Part shown: piece after piece, positions 48,723 through 61,700 of the stretch
How positions within the stretch are numbered: the stretch's first letter is position 1
How the letters are laid out: each line of letters begins with the position of its first letter
Assembly: GCA_973895155.1 (NCBI GenBank)
Contig: OZ316898.1
Coordinates: forward strand, 10,444,286 to 10,508,285
Direction of reading: 5' to 3'
Origin: Marsupella aquatica
Taxonomy: Eukaryota; Plantae; Marchantiophyta
DNA: 64,000 nt
Made by a program: the position numbers and the translations under genes
The notes under the pieces: model-generated
What the model was told of the DNA's origin: nothing
Database searches by the model: none
The model's input: the letters and a program-made list of their open reading frames with translations, nothing else

Positions 48723-50443
48723 GCAGCAGTGAGTACCCCCTCTCGGTTGCAGGGCATAACTCTCTGTGTATTTGACCAAATCGGCTATAATTGACCTCGT
48801 TGGAAAGAGGAGCTCAAGCCGCTTCCAATGCTGCTATCCATGCAGCAAATGGTTGAATAGAGAAATCGGGAGAGGAGGCGCAAGCTCGCGAAAACCATGG
48901 AGGAGGGCCAAATCCAAAGTACATAGCCAATTCGAGATAGAAATAAAGTTGCGAGTTAGGGTTCAGTAGTTAGAGATAGTGGCGGCTCTGTTTGGGCTGG
49001 GATGGGGCTCCAGTAGCATAGTATCCACCCATTTGGGCTCAGTATGAGAGTATATAGAGCAGCCCCCCGGTAGAGGCAAGGGGGGGGACTTCAGTTGTGT
49101 GATCTCACTTAGACTGAGCAGCAGGGAGGAGCTCTGTGCAAGCAAGGCTGGACTTGGACGCTGCGTGTTGGGGAGAGCTTGGTTGTGCTATTACTCAGGG
49201 AGTAATCAGCCAAGCTTCACAGCAACGGGTTGCTAGGTTTGCGAGTTGGATTGTGGCTCCTTCTAGTGGGCAGCACAACTGGGTTCTTTTCCCCCGATAC
49301 AGAGCCTTGGTGATAGGTGATGTATTGGTGATTGTAAACTGTGGGGAGGATTTTGATTCGATTTGCGGTGGGCACATTAGGGAGGCTGAGATATTGATTA
49401 AGGGGCAACAGGAGGAGCATTTACAGTTCAGTCTGGCAAGGCTACGTGGTCCATGGGGAGTCCCGGCCTTTGTCTGGTGGAGAGCACTAAGGGATCTATG
49501 GCCAGAGCTGAGCTTGCAGGGCAAGCGTGAGGTCGGGCCTCATTGCAGTCTGGGGTAGATCGCCGTTAGGCCTGGTACCAGCTTTGAAGTCGAGTCAACT
49601 ATGCATGCGTAACTTGACGTTCTGAATTGGAGGTGTGAGATCTGTATGTGCCCCCAAGAATGAAGTGCAGTGAAGGAGGTTGAGTTCAGGATTGAGTTTG
49701 CAAGGCAAGTACGGGATTGGTTCGAGTCCAATCTGCCGTCGCAATCTGGAGTGAGCCGGGCTCAGGTTTAGGATTGAGCTTGCATGGCAAGCACGGGGCT
49801 TGCGGGGCAAGCACGTCGCAATCTGGAGTAGACAGCCTTCGAGACTATTGTTCGAATCAAGTGTTCTCAGTGAACTATTGTGCACATCTTTGAATCTAAT
49901 TGAGTTTTCCTCTCAGGCCTCATTTCTCTCATGGATGTGTGTGTGAGTGAGGCAATCTGAGTGTATGATGGGACTAGCAGCGCCACTGAGAGGTGTATGG
50001 GGTGCATTGAAGCGGGCTGGGTGAGGACTGTCATAGCTCTGATTGTTGAGAGTGGAATGGCAGAGTGGTGGGGCAATGGCTTAGAAGTCCCTAAGCCGGG
50101 AATCAGTCAGGAGTCACTGGTTTATGGGTACATTCCAGCGGCGGAATAGAAACATACCTATGACAGTAAGCATACGTATAGACCTATGCGCATTGTAGCG
50201 CTAGGCCCTGTGTGTACGGGCCCGATATGAAGACCCCTTCTCACCAGAACTATCATGAGCGCAGATCTGATCCCCAACCTTGGTTCCTTGGGATTGAGCT
50301 TGGGTGATGTGTGATAGAGTCTTGCTATGATAGTCTGGTGTTAAGGGCATAAATTGGTGTTTACCGGCCTTCACAACATCCCTTCGTGATCCTCAGGTAC
50401 AAGGAGATGGTTTTGGCACCCATAGTGACGTTTTTGGTGTTAG

Positions 50444-53400
50444 GACCCATGTCAATCGCGTGACACCGACGATCGACCTAAGGAGGGTATAAGCAACGTC
50501 AATCAAGCGGCACATTTCTGGGGATGCCTGTTCGAACGGGCAACTGAGTACATCAAGACTTACGAGGACGAAGAATTAGAAAGGGCAGCTCGAGAATGAC
50601 AGGAGCTTGCTCGATTGTGGGAGCTGCAGAAGATGGCTTTCTTAGGAGGCAAACTCATCAAGGACGAGTTCTTGTGGACTCCTACTTCCAATCAGCTCGA
50701 TGATCTTCTGTTTTGCAAAGACAGCATCATCGGCATTCGAGAGGCCATCAAGAATTGCAACGACATACACTGGGAATTGAAGGGTAGCACGGAAAGGTGG
50801 ACCCAGGCAACGGTGCTAGGAGAAACCTCCACGGCAGCAGAGATGAAGAGGAAGGGAGCCGTCAACGATGAAGCCACCCCGGCAAAAAGAACGAGGTCGG
50901 CGGCACCAAAGAAGCCAGCCGAGCAGCAGAGCAGGAGGCAGGGAGAAGCCAAAGAGGAGGAGGTCGATCCCATTAATGCCATTCCAACCAGGGATGACAC
51001 CTGGAAAGGCTGGGCGGCAACCCTACCGGTGGAGGTGCAACTACATTTTGCACGGGAGGAGGATGCATGCTTTACGGCCATGCAGACCAAGAAGTACCAA
51101 GGCTTCATGGCCGGATCCGGCTTAGAGGCCTTTGTAAGATTACCATGGCTAAAGCCGGAGGTACCGGATTCAGACCTATTAGAATTCGTGGGGTCATGGG
51201 AACCCGAGACCAATTGCACGAGGATATATGGAAAGGATTTCTATCTTACTCCCAAGGTGATTGCCGAAGTGTTTGGCTTGCCGATACGCAATAAGACCAA
51301 AGTTGATACCAGGAAGACCTTGCCTGACAAGGAGTTCCGGTCGTTCATGGCTTCTTTTGGAACACCTGCACCAACCCACACATAGGAGAGATGATCGACT
51401 TCTTGCGGGTGATCATGCACTGTAACTTGCCGAGGGCAGAGATCGGCAAGGCACAGGTCTATCTGGCAGAGAGGCCAGACCCAAGCCGGGACTACAACGG
51501 GTACCTCCTCAACCAATTGAAGAAGATCTTAAAGGAGGAGCAGCAGGTAATCGGCATGGGGAGCGTGTCGCGGCTTGGCTATCACATGCCGCTGTTGTGC
51601 CGGTATGCCAGAGGTCAGACTTTTGCCCCAGTACTTCCCCTGTAGGTAAGGGCACCCGAGAAAGCTCCAGTACCGAGGCCGGTAGCAGAGAAGCCTCAAC
51701 CACCTGTTAGCCCTACGATCAAACAGGTGTTTAGGCCAAGGAAGGAAGACTTGCCGATGCAGCAACCAGGCATGCAGAGTCTGCTGAAACTACTGGAGAA
51801 AGAAAAGAGATCGGCATCGGCAATGACAACGGCAACGGCAACAATGCAGGACACTACTCCAGAGGTAGGCCTACACCGGCTTACAAGGGAAAACCCCTTT
51901 GCTGGAGACAAGGAGAGAATCAGGCAGGAATCCAAGCCAGGTGTTCGAATGTATGTGGGAGTCTCAAGCTTTGAATCTGAGGCAGAATTGCCTGAAGCTC
52001 CTACCGACGAAGAGGAGAGGGAGAAGCCGGACGACCAAGAAGTATAGGAGGCAGTGGAGGACTGCAGCCATGATAACTCCGGCTATGGGTCAGACCATCA
52101 CGTTCCAGGAGTAAGGACCTGTGGCCGGTTTGTCCCCACACTTCCAAGGGTAGTACGAGGGGACCCCAACCAGTAGAGTAGCCCTGAGTCTCCCCCACCA
52201 GATGTTGCTCCCCCGAGCTTTGACGGCATAAAACAGACGGCGCAGGAATTTCAGGAGCGAATCAGGCAGGAAGAGGAGGCAGCCCTGGCTAGGGAAAAGG
52301 ATTTACCAGGAGGAGATTGGCCGGAGGACATCAGGCGGCTAGCCGAAAAAGGAAGCAAACCTCTAGCCACGATTGAAGAGATCCGCAAGACGGGTTGGGA
52401 GTAGAGGCCGCGATGGGCGATGCCGATCACTTCTACTTACTCCACCTACGCTAAGAATAGAGCCATGGAGTATGGTGAGATGTCTGGGGAACTTGCGCTC
52501 GGCATCTTTGGGGAGGAGTTAGAGGTAGGACCCTTTTTCCATAGGGAGCAGTTGGAGAAGCACCAATTAGAAGAAGCGGTGGCTTTAGAGAGAAGCAAGA
52601 AGGACGAGGTCATCCGGCGGGTTAGGAGGATGGAAGCCAAGATTGAAGATCTAAGGGTGGCCAAGAAAGCCCAAGATGAACTGCGGATTAAACGGCATGA
52701 GCTAAACATCATGCAGGGGCAGTTGGACACCGCGCAGGTTGATAATCAGAATACCAAGGATAAACTGACTCAGACCCAGGGAAAGTTGGCCGATACAATC
52801 AAAGAGAGGGAGAAGTGGAAGCGAGAGCTGAGGAATGCAGAGGAGGCCCACATAACAGCCAACAGCCGGGCCATGGCGGAGACCCAAAGAAAGGAATGGG
52901 CATTGAAGGGGGAGCTCAAGAAAATCCGCGGAGCCCTTGAGCAGAAGGAGGCCGAGTTAGGGAAATCCTATCAAGGGATTATGGCACTGCAGCAGGAGCT
53001 TGCATCCCTGACGGCCAGCTTCAAAGCCGACCTAAGGGAGAAGGACGAGATGCTCGATCAGACTTACGCCAAGATGAACCAGATGGAGTCTGTCATCATT
53101 GCAGAGCTCGACAAGGAGCTAAGAGCAACCCGGGAGGAGAGGGCTACCTTGAAGAAAGAACTGGAGGAAGCCCACAGGGAACGGGAGGAAGCCCAGAAGG
53201 AACTAGAGGAGGCGCGCAAGGACCTGGACGAGGTGCAGGAGGAGTTGGAGGAAATCACGAGGAAGATGGAGAACCTACAGCGGCGGGCCGACAACCAAAC
53301 AGAGCGGCTGAAGAAACAAGCCGCAGTATTTAAGTGCTTGTCTTCATTAGGCCCAACTCCAATTGGGGCAACCAAGTTACCAGGAGTGGTACTGACCGAA

Positions 53401-53864
53401 GAAAAAGCCGCGCCACCTGCACCATGCCGGAAGTAAGTGGGAAGGGGAAGGGACCAGCTGCCAAACCAGAAAAGAAGAAGAAGCGGAAACCTTCAGGGTC
53501 AAGGAGTAATACGACTCCACAGGCCGTGGTGACCAAGGAGGTAGACCCAGCACCAACCTCCGGCATGAACACGGCAATAGATCCCGCTATCATCAAAGGT
53601 GGGGATGGTGCGGCCCAAGCCGAACTACTCAGTAATGAGGCCGGTATCCCAGATCCGCCTCTTGAGCAGGCCGGGGAGACCGTAGCCGAGGCTGAGGCCG
53701 TAATCGATTCCCGAGCTGATGCCGACGCCGATGGTGGACCCAGTCAGGCCGATGGAGAGTTGACTCAGTCAAGGGCAGGTAATCTGTCAGAGAATGAACC
53801 TACGGCAGTGGCTGAGGAGGAAGCGTTGGGGGCGTCCATTGAGGATCCACCACCGGTGTCGTGA
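50444..53864 (+). pseudogene. Decayed accessory protein of about 1100 aa (PMD/Transposase_32-like segment, long coiled coil, acidic tail), typical of gypsy extra ORFs
   Basis: GLEAFVRLPW...LLEFVGSW...IYGKDFYLTPKVIAEVFGLP; ORFs 51391, 51727 and 52420 share a frame and are split by stops; heptad-rich 52560-53330. Confidence 0.6.
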
Positions 53865-56800
53865 CGGTGCAAGGGCGCCGTTCCTTTTAGGAAGGGCGGA
53901 CGTGGAGGTAGGAGGCGTGAGTGGGCAGGGCGGGCGCTGATCTTCAAGTTTAAGATTAGGATCGGGACCAGGAGCGGCCCTGACACTTAGCTTAGTGGAT
54001 TGCGGTTCCACTAGTAGGAGCAACACTTGTGCTCCTGCCTTGCTGTACATAGGTAGATCCGGGCAGGTAGATTACTGTTAGGTAGATTAGGCTTACGCTG
54101 CAAAGAATTAGGCGGATCCACTACCAGGATAAGTACCTGGGCAGCGGGGAGCTCAGGGCCTCTTCTTTAGCAAGTTTTTAGTTTGCACCAGCCGGGCTGG
54201 GATCAAGTAGTAAGAGAAGCTCTCGGTTAGTCATACAGTGACCCTTGTGTATATTCATGTTTCCTCATGCCTAAGAGTTGAATAGAGTTGGCCTCACGAC
54301 TTAGTTCGCAGAGCTTGTGTATGAGATGTACTGTTTGTATGGCAAGTGCATGGTATGACTCAGTCAGAAGGAGTCATTTTGCTATTTGTGTGTCGCATTA
54401 ACTTGTGTGAAGAGTGCCCACATCAACTAATAGAGGAAGGAAAGTAAGCAAGGGAGTGAGAGTTGGATGTGTCGAGCTGAGAGAGGTCTTAGCGGCTTAA
54501 CCAAGCATATTGGGGATCATTCCGGCGGCAGAATCCAAACATACCTAACCAGAAGGAGAGGAAGACAAGGGAAGGCCTAGATTAGGCCGGCTATGTATCT
54601 CATGACCCGCTAAACCCTAAACCCCAGCTCAAGCCGATTCCCGTAGGTTTTGCGCTTGGTGAGGCTGTTTCCGCGGCTTAGCGGCATGGGACGTTGCTAA
54701 ACTCTACTATTTCTATTAGCCTTTTACACACAAGGTTTGCGGGTGTTAACTCGTTCACTTGCCAAATCCTGCCGAATAGCAGCCAAGCCGCGTTCAGTCT
54801 CCCAAGGGAGCTTGCATTGGGGAGGCAAGGCCAAGTAGCTGTGGAGGTTGAGTTCCAAGAGTGTTTGGTCCCTAGATCGTCAGTGAGGCAAATCGGGAGT
54901 TGGTTGCTAGAGGCGGGGCCATTCTGGTCCCGGCGTGTCGGGACAAGCTTGGGACAAGCTTTAGAACAAGCTATGCTATTTGGGCCATGAGCATGTCCTG
55001 AGGTCAGGGCGTTCAGTTGGTGATGGATAGGTGCGAGGGGGAATCTGGGCCACGCCCAAGGAAGGAGCTGTTCTGGATGGACAGTGGGCGTGGGTTCTGG
55101 TTCCGGCTTATGGCATTGGGAGGACCTATCTCTGACCTATTTACCAATGTCTATTGAGCTTGAGTTAGGATGCTAGACTTGGCGAGTTCTAGATCCTGAA
55201 GGGTTACTTACCGAGGTGTTTGGTTGCTTGTGCAGACAGTGAACCGTTGAGTAGCGGTCGTGTAGGTGAGCAAGTGTGGCTTCGTATGGGAGGGGCCGCT
55301 GGTGGTGCAAGGGGCACTAGGGTGTTTGCTCAAGGTATTCCGTGGAGGTGTTCAGGCACCAGGGGTGTTTAGGCGTGAGTGCTGGGATTGGTGAGGGCGT
55401 TGGGTGGCAAGGTCCACCACTAACAGTATGTTGAGGGGAAATTGATGTGGAGACTCAACAATCTTCTTCTAAGTGAAGTTATAGCATTGTGTACAACAAG
55501 GTTTGGCACTAGCTGCATCTATATTTTCTCCTTTCTTCGATGCTATCCTATGAGGTGCATACATTCTTTATCAATAATGTCATCTGATACAATTGGCTTC
55601 CACCCTCTTTGTGTTTTGCTAAATTGTCCCGTAAATTGTAAAGCTTTAAATCAAGTTGTTATTTCTGGATTAGTCATAGTTTCTTGCTTAACGGTCAAAC
55701 AAGAAGCTGACATTATCTGCCTTCATGGTAGAGTATGTCACTTTGGATTTTGTTACCTACGATCGGAGCATAGGTTTGGGCATAGGTTCTAATGCTGCAA
55801 AATGTACTGGTTATTGTCTTGAAGGTACTAAAACAAGTCATATTGTAAAGGCAGTGTCCCAATAACACTCTTCACAAATTTGACAGAGGTAGGTCATTCA
55901 TTCAAGCTTCATCATATCATTCTATTATCTTGTATGTTATTTTATGACTAAGGTGTTCTAGTTGTTTAAGATGACTATTCAATTCAAAAAAAATTCTATT
56001 ACACCTAACGACAAGAAGTGTGCATGTTACCCAGGTGAGATTAGACTAGGAGTCATTTATTTCTTTCAACTATTTCTTTTCCTGCACTTGCATGTGTGGG
56101 CTGGCAGGGATACTCAAATCTAAGTAGACCCCAGGGAAGTCATGCCCTTGGTGGAGACTGTTGGAAAGTGATGCCCCAACAACCTAATGCTACTTAGAGG
56201 AGAGACAGGTTGCCTGTGAGGGGGAGGGGGCCTTGGAGGTGATTGCCAATGGCAGAGAGTTTAGAGCCTAGTCCTTACATGTGGGTGGTCCAGGAGATAT
56301 TCTTGGTTGTGGATCATTCAACTTACAGAGTGGAAGTCTGTGAGTAAATGTCAAACAAACCCTCCAACTCAGAGGAGAGGGATTGGAGTGTGGGCTTGGC
56401 CCCGACTGCACATGGATCTAGCACAATTGGGACAAGCTATATCTGGACAAGCTAATGAAGGCCATGTGCAGATCCCATACCCTCTTGTGCTTACACTGAA
56501 GCAAGAGTCCTTGCCAGCAAAGGGCATGACCCTTCCCACCCGAACAACTTTGGAGAAAGCTGCATGGATCTGAAAAAGTGAATCACCAAGAGAAATGGCC
56601 GGGATGGGGCAAGGCTACTCCTTGCCTTTGGAAGTATTTCCAATTGTAGAGGAATGTCCTCTGCAATTGTCATCTCCTTCTTCACATTCTTGATATCAAC
56701 CTTTGATGTCAAGTGCTTTGCTAACATCTGCAAATGCTTCTCTTCTCTTAAGAAGTTGTTGTGTTGCATCTGTTCATCACGTTTCCAAGCTTGTATCCCC

Positions 56801-57253
56801 TGAGGAATTGTCGCTTGTCCTAATAATAATTCCTTCATTTTATTGGCACCTGTTTGCAGAGGAACATCTTGTGCAATTTCTCTTCCTTCCTCCACCTTCA
56901 TGTTAGCCTCCATGCCTAGATGATCAACACTCTCTTCCATATGCTTTGCTTCTCCTGGAGAATTTAGTTGCTTCTTTTCTCTGTCGAGTTTCTGAGGCTC
57001 CAAGCTATTGCCTGCCTTAAGGAGTATTTCTAATCAAAATTGAATTTTGCTAAACTGGGCATTTTGACGGATCTGTTGCAACTCCAACACGTGCCTGTCT
57101 ATTCGTTGTCTATTAACTACATCCATGTATTTCTGCAATTCTCTGACTTTTCTTCGTGATGTCTCAAGTTCATAACACATGGCTAGCTATAGCTCAGTAT
57201 AAAACATGATCATTTTTGGTAAAATCTTGGAATATTACCCACCATTTTAGATG

Positions 57254-57563
57254 AGGCTTTACATCGTGCCAGGAAACAAGAAAATTATTTCCTGTTATGA
57301 GCAAAACTTTACTATTACGAGCAAAAATGAAATATAAAAAATATCTTATTTTTGAAAAAATTTGTGAATTTTTTTTTTTGAATTTTTGTTTGTTTGTTTG
57401 TATTTTTGACATTTTTTACTAGCGCCCAAAGCTAATAATAGTAGCGCCTGGCGCTAGCCAAAAATGATTGTTTTTAAAAATATTTTGAAAATTTTGCTCG
57501 TAACAGTAAAGTTTTGCTCATAACAGGAAATAATTTTCCTATTTTTTGCACGATGTAAAACCT
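57254..57563. repeat. Foldback/MITE-like inverted repeat (about 74-bp arms)
   Basis: 57254-57327 (AGGCTTTACATCGTGC...AAATTATTTCCTGTTATGAGCAAAACTTTACTATTACGAGCAAAA) is inverted at 57491-57563. Confidence 0.8.
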
Positions 57564-57859
57564 AAAATATTGGGTTGAGAAAGCTCACTCTTTTAGAAAA
57601 TTAAGCCCACTGTTTTGGATGTTAGACCCAATATTGAAATGAATAATTGAGACCTTGAAATAGTACAAATTGGCCCAAAGAGAGAAATCAAGGGCATTAG
57701 AGGGAAGCAATATCCAAGTGTTATCAATTATTTTACAAAATTTATGCTCTATGAGTGTAGTACGACATTTTTTCTAAGTGTAAAATGATCGATGCGACTA
57801 CAAAGAAATGACGATGGGGTAGGCAATAAGCACGTGATGCTTCATGGCTGAGTGGAAAA

Positions 57860-58640
57860 TTGAAGCTATGGTGAGCTACAATGTTGGCAGGCTGATTAGG
57901 AGACGAGAGAGGCTACGAAGGTAATAGACCAATAGTGATTGAAGTTGAAGGGTGAGCTTAAACTGAGCTATGGCTGATATGAGTCAAAGTTATTGTATGG
58001 TTGCTATTGGGCTACAAATTAGAAGGGTTGGCTGATTAAATAGAAGGCTGTTGTGTGCTTATGGAGATCTATGGCTGGCTACACGAGGTGCTACTATAGC
58101 CAGCCTCTGAATTAAAGGAAGGGCAACTTGAATTGACCTGGCTCGATGTTGCTGATTAGAACAGAGCTATGGCTGCAAATTAGGAGTGTTGTTGGCTTTG
58201 AATTAAAGAGCTTGTTGCAAGCTATATAAGGGCTGCAATTACTAATTAGAGAAGAGTAGCTACAAAATTGAATTGAGCTACTATAGCTTCAAGCACAAGA
58301 TGCTGAGTGTTGGCTGAGCTGCAGAAAGAAGGGATGGTTGGGTAATTAGTAAGCATGTTGCAAGGCTCAATAGTGTTGCTACAAAATTCTAGCTGCAAAA
58401 TTGAGAGGGCTGGCTACCAGAGAATGGAGCGATAGCTAGCTACACTAGGTGCTGCTATAGCTAGCCTGCTAATTGAGGGCACAGCTGTAGAATTCAAGAT
58501 CAATGCATCAATTAGAAGAAGTGTTGCCTCTCAAATTAATCTGTGAGCTATGAATTGAAGAAGCTATGGATAACTGCAAAATTGACCAAAGTAGCTACAA
58601 ATTGAGCTACTAGTTGCAAGCTATGGAAGACTATGGCAAA
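57860..58640. repeat. Degenerate AGCTA/AATTG-rich array
   Basis: Recurrent GAGCTAT, TAGCTAC, GCTGCAA, AATTGA. Confidence 0.6.
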
Positions 58641-58786
58641 CTGTTGACCAATAGCACGAGATCCATATTGCTGCTTCATCCATGGTGCTTCTTCATCCAC
58701 AATCTTGTTATGAGAAAAGAACCATCTCCCTAGTAAACTATGCCTTGAGTGATAAGAAACGTGGTCCTTATGAGAGTCGTGGCCCT

Positions 58787-61700
58787 TGTGACACTTGGAA
58801 TCCCCAAAAGGGGTGTGTAAGGTTCAAGTGTAATCGGGTCACCGCTTATACCCACTTTACACCAAAAATAGACCTTAGAAAAATGGGCATAACTTGGGCT
58901 AGGGACATCTGTTGGGGCCCAAAGTTTTGTGTGCTGAGTAAGGGGAAGGTAAGGCACCCCTTGGTGAAGGTGAAAACCCCAAAAAAGAACCACCAAATAG
59001 ATTTTTAGCCGAGGTCAAGAGGGGGTCCCAATAGCTTCAAAATCGGAGCCGACATAGGGAAATGAACACCAGATTTAGGGACTGATCTTTCTCGCACCCA
59101 TACCACTTTACTTAGACTCTAGGGAAGGGTACTTATCTTCTGGCAAAGGTGTAAGGCCATCAAGTTAAGAGAAGTAAGTTGTGACGGGGCCAATGGTCCC
59201 AAAGAATGATTTTAAAGGGTAGTAGTGACGCACACATGTAAATAAATAGATTTGTGTCAAGTTTTTTTGCTTTTGCTCTCTTACAACCTCGCCAAAAGAT
59301 AGTTTACGTACAATAAGATGAGGTGAGTATTGATGGTTTTTATGTCCTCTTAATTTTAGTTGTCGGCCAAGCCTCAGAGTTGGGGGGTTGGCCGCTGGCC
59401 GGTCCGGGCCAAGGCATGTGCCCTATTGCCATTCCATGCTGGAGCCGGGAGATTATCTAGCTTTACATTCTTTATCACCAGCCCTAGTATTTACGTATGG
59501 GGGCCGGTCGAAGAAGTTAGTGGCCAAGCGTCGCATGAGGTGCCCCGACCAGCAACACGGACACCAACACAAATTAGCCCCGGCCAAAAGAAGCTGGCCA
59601 TAGCAAGCAGGAGGCCCAGGAGAGGGAGCCGGCCAGGAAGAGCAGAGGGAGCCGACCAAAGGGAGGCCCGGCCTTAGCTTGTAGGGGTACAAAGGGGGGA
59701 TTAAATTCCCCTTTCAAAAGGAGTTGGCCAAGGGCAGGAGGTCCGGGAGAAGGGAGCCGGCCAGGAGGCCTTGCAAACCAAGGGCAGGCCCGCGCAAAAG
59801 GGGGTCGGCCATAAAGATGCCCATAGGGGCGCGTGCCAAAGGGTGCACGAAGGGGCAAAGAAAGGGGAGGCCTCGGCCATAAGGGAGCAAGCATAGGGCA
59901 CCGGGCCCCCAAAGCACAAGCCAGGGGGGTCGGCCATAAAGACGCCCATAGGGGCGCGCCCCAGAGGGAGTGCGAAAGGGCGAAGCAAGGGGGAGGGGAG
60001 TAATAAATGCCCTGACCTTGGGAGAGCAGGCACGTAAGGAGGAAGGGGGGAAGGGAATTAAAATCCCCCAAACCCTGGAGGAGAAGGTTCGAAGGGGGAG
60101 GGGAGGCAGTTAAAGGTCCCTGGATCCCAGGGGGATCCCCCTAATTTGGAGGCGTAGGTACAAGGAAGCTGGTGGAGAGGCGCAAATAAAAGCCCCCAAA
60201 TTCTGGGGCAGGGCAGGTACAAGCGAGGCAAGAGGAGCAGTCTTAAAGACTCCCCAAGCTTGGAGGCTCCCTGCACTTGGGGGAGGCCTCGGCCATGGGG
60301 GTCCGCACCCTGAAGGAGGAGGCGAGTAGGTGAGGAGGGGCTAATAAAATCCCCCATATCCTAGAGGATTTTCAAAGCCTCGATGAAGGACTTGGCCATA
60401 TATTAGGAGCGAAACTTGGGGGGGAGGAGCGACTTATTTAAGTTGCTCATTTCTAACTTCTTTCCTCAAGTTTTTGCGCTCCTCACACATTGCCGAACCT
60501 CATTTTCTCTCCTCATCAACCTTCCTCTTTGTGCCATGTTCTACCTCTATTTTCCTTGAGTGATTCTGAGAGCGGCCATGGAGTGAGCTGGAGTGGGGAT
60601 TGACAAGGACTTGGAGAGGGAACCTGATTTATTTTATCGTGGTTGGGTACGGGGGCCGCACGAGGCCAAGCTCTGGGAATTGAGGAACGAGAATCGATCA
60701 CCGGTTGTGCTCTTGAGGGGGAGTGGAGTGGATGAGATCCCAAGACAGACCTGAGTTCACCAATGCTCGCATTAGGAGGTACAAGGCAGCCTACCGGGAG
60801 TACATCGCTTTGCAGCTAGCCAGAGAAGACGAAGAGAAATTGGCAACCAGGGCCACAATGTCAGGGACCAGTGAAGCACCCATGTCACAAAGGACTCAAC
60901 GACGTTCATACCCCAAGACATTGGCCAAGCTTCTGGACGATAGCCGTGAATTATTTGAATCCACCGGGATTATCAATTTAATGCGAGTGGACATGCGTGC
61001 TCCAGTGGATAGGCATTGGAAGATTGAGGATGTGATGGAATTACGGGATGATGGATTACACTTTGCATGCATCAAGCGCACCCTCCCTCATGACGAATTG
61101 ACTCGGTTGCTGATGTTGCACAACCAGGACCTGACATTCTACCCCATGGAGCCACCAGGGACACTCACATTGGAAGAGCTGCCCATGTACGTGAAGGAGG
61201 CTACCTCTGTGGTACACATTTCCCTTGCATCCTTCAAGGACCCAGCGCTCAGGGGTTTTGTTGGGAAGGTCCATCAATGAATACTCAGTCGGGTGCAATC
61301 AGGTATAATTACAGGGGAACACTTGGCCATTGCATTGGACATCAAGCAACATCCGGAGCACACATACGGATGGTGGGTGTTTGGTTTGAGGAAAACGCTG
61401 ACCGCAGATCCCAAAGGCCAAAATTCTGGAGGAATCATCCATTTTCTTGGGTCATTTCTCTTGAACAGGATGGAGGGGCTCATCTTAGTTCCCGAACCAG
61501 AGGAAGGAGTATTGCCCTCCTTCCCCACCGTCTTACAAAAGATTGCCACCACCATCGTACAGAATTTGACCACGGATTCCACCAAGGAACTGGCCACTGA
61601 TGTCGTGGTGGAGGGGGCACCGGACGAAGAAGAGGATATGAATGAAGAGTTTACCATGCAGTGGTTGGAGTCCTTGATTGGTAATCCCGAGGAGCCCATT

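Larger units (their letters stand above)
46812..55425. mobile_element. 8.6-kb TG...CA-bounded insertion, solo-LTR-like, containing a decayed accessory ORF
   Basis: Ends TGTTGAC...CTAACA; flanks GGATG (46807-46811) and GTATG (55426-55430) form a near-TSD; GC-richer than the flanks; no gag/pol and no internal LTR pair seen. Confidence 0.6.

Noticed and set aside
52420-53436. Host myosin/SMC-like gene or retroviral env
   Set aside because: Generic coiled coil within a stop-riddled TE ORF; no motor, ATPase or transmembrane segment
56491-57003. 170-aa charged ORF on the minus strand
   Set aside because: Possibly a decayed TE fragment, but no domain or boundary supports a call
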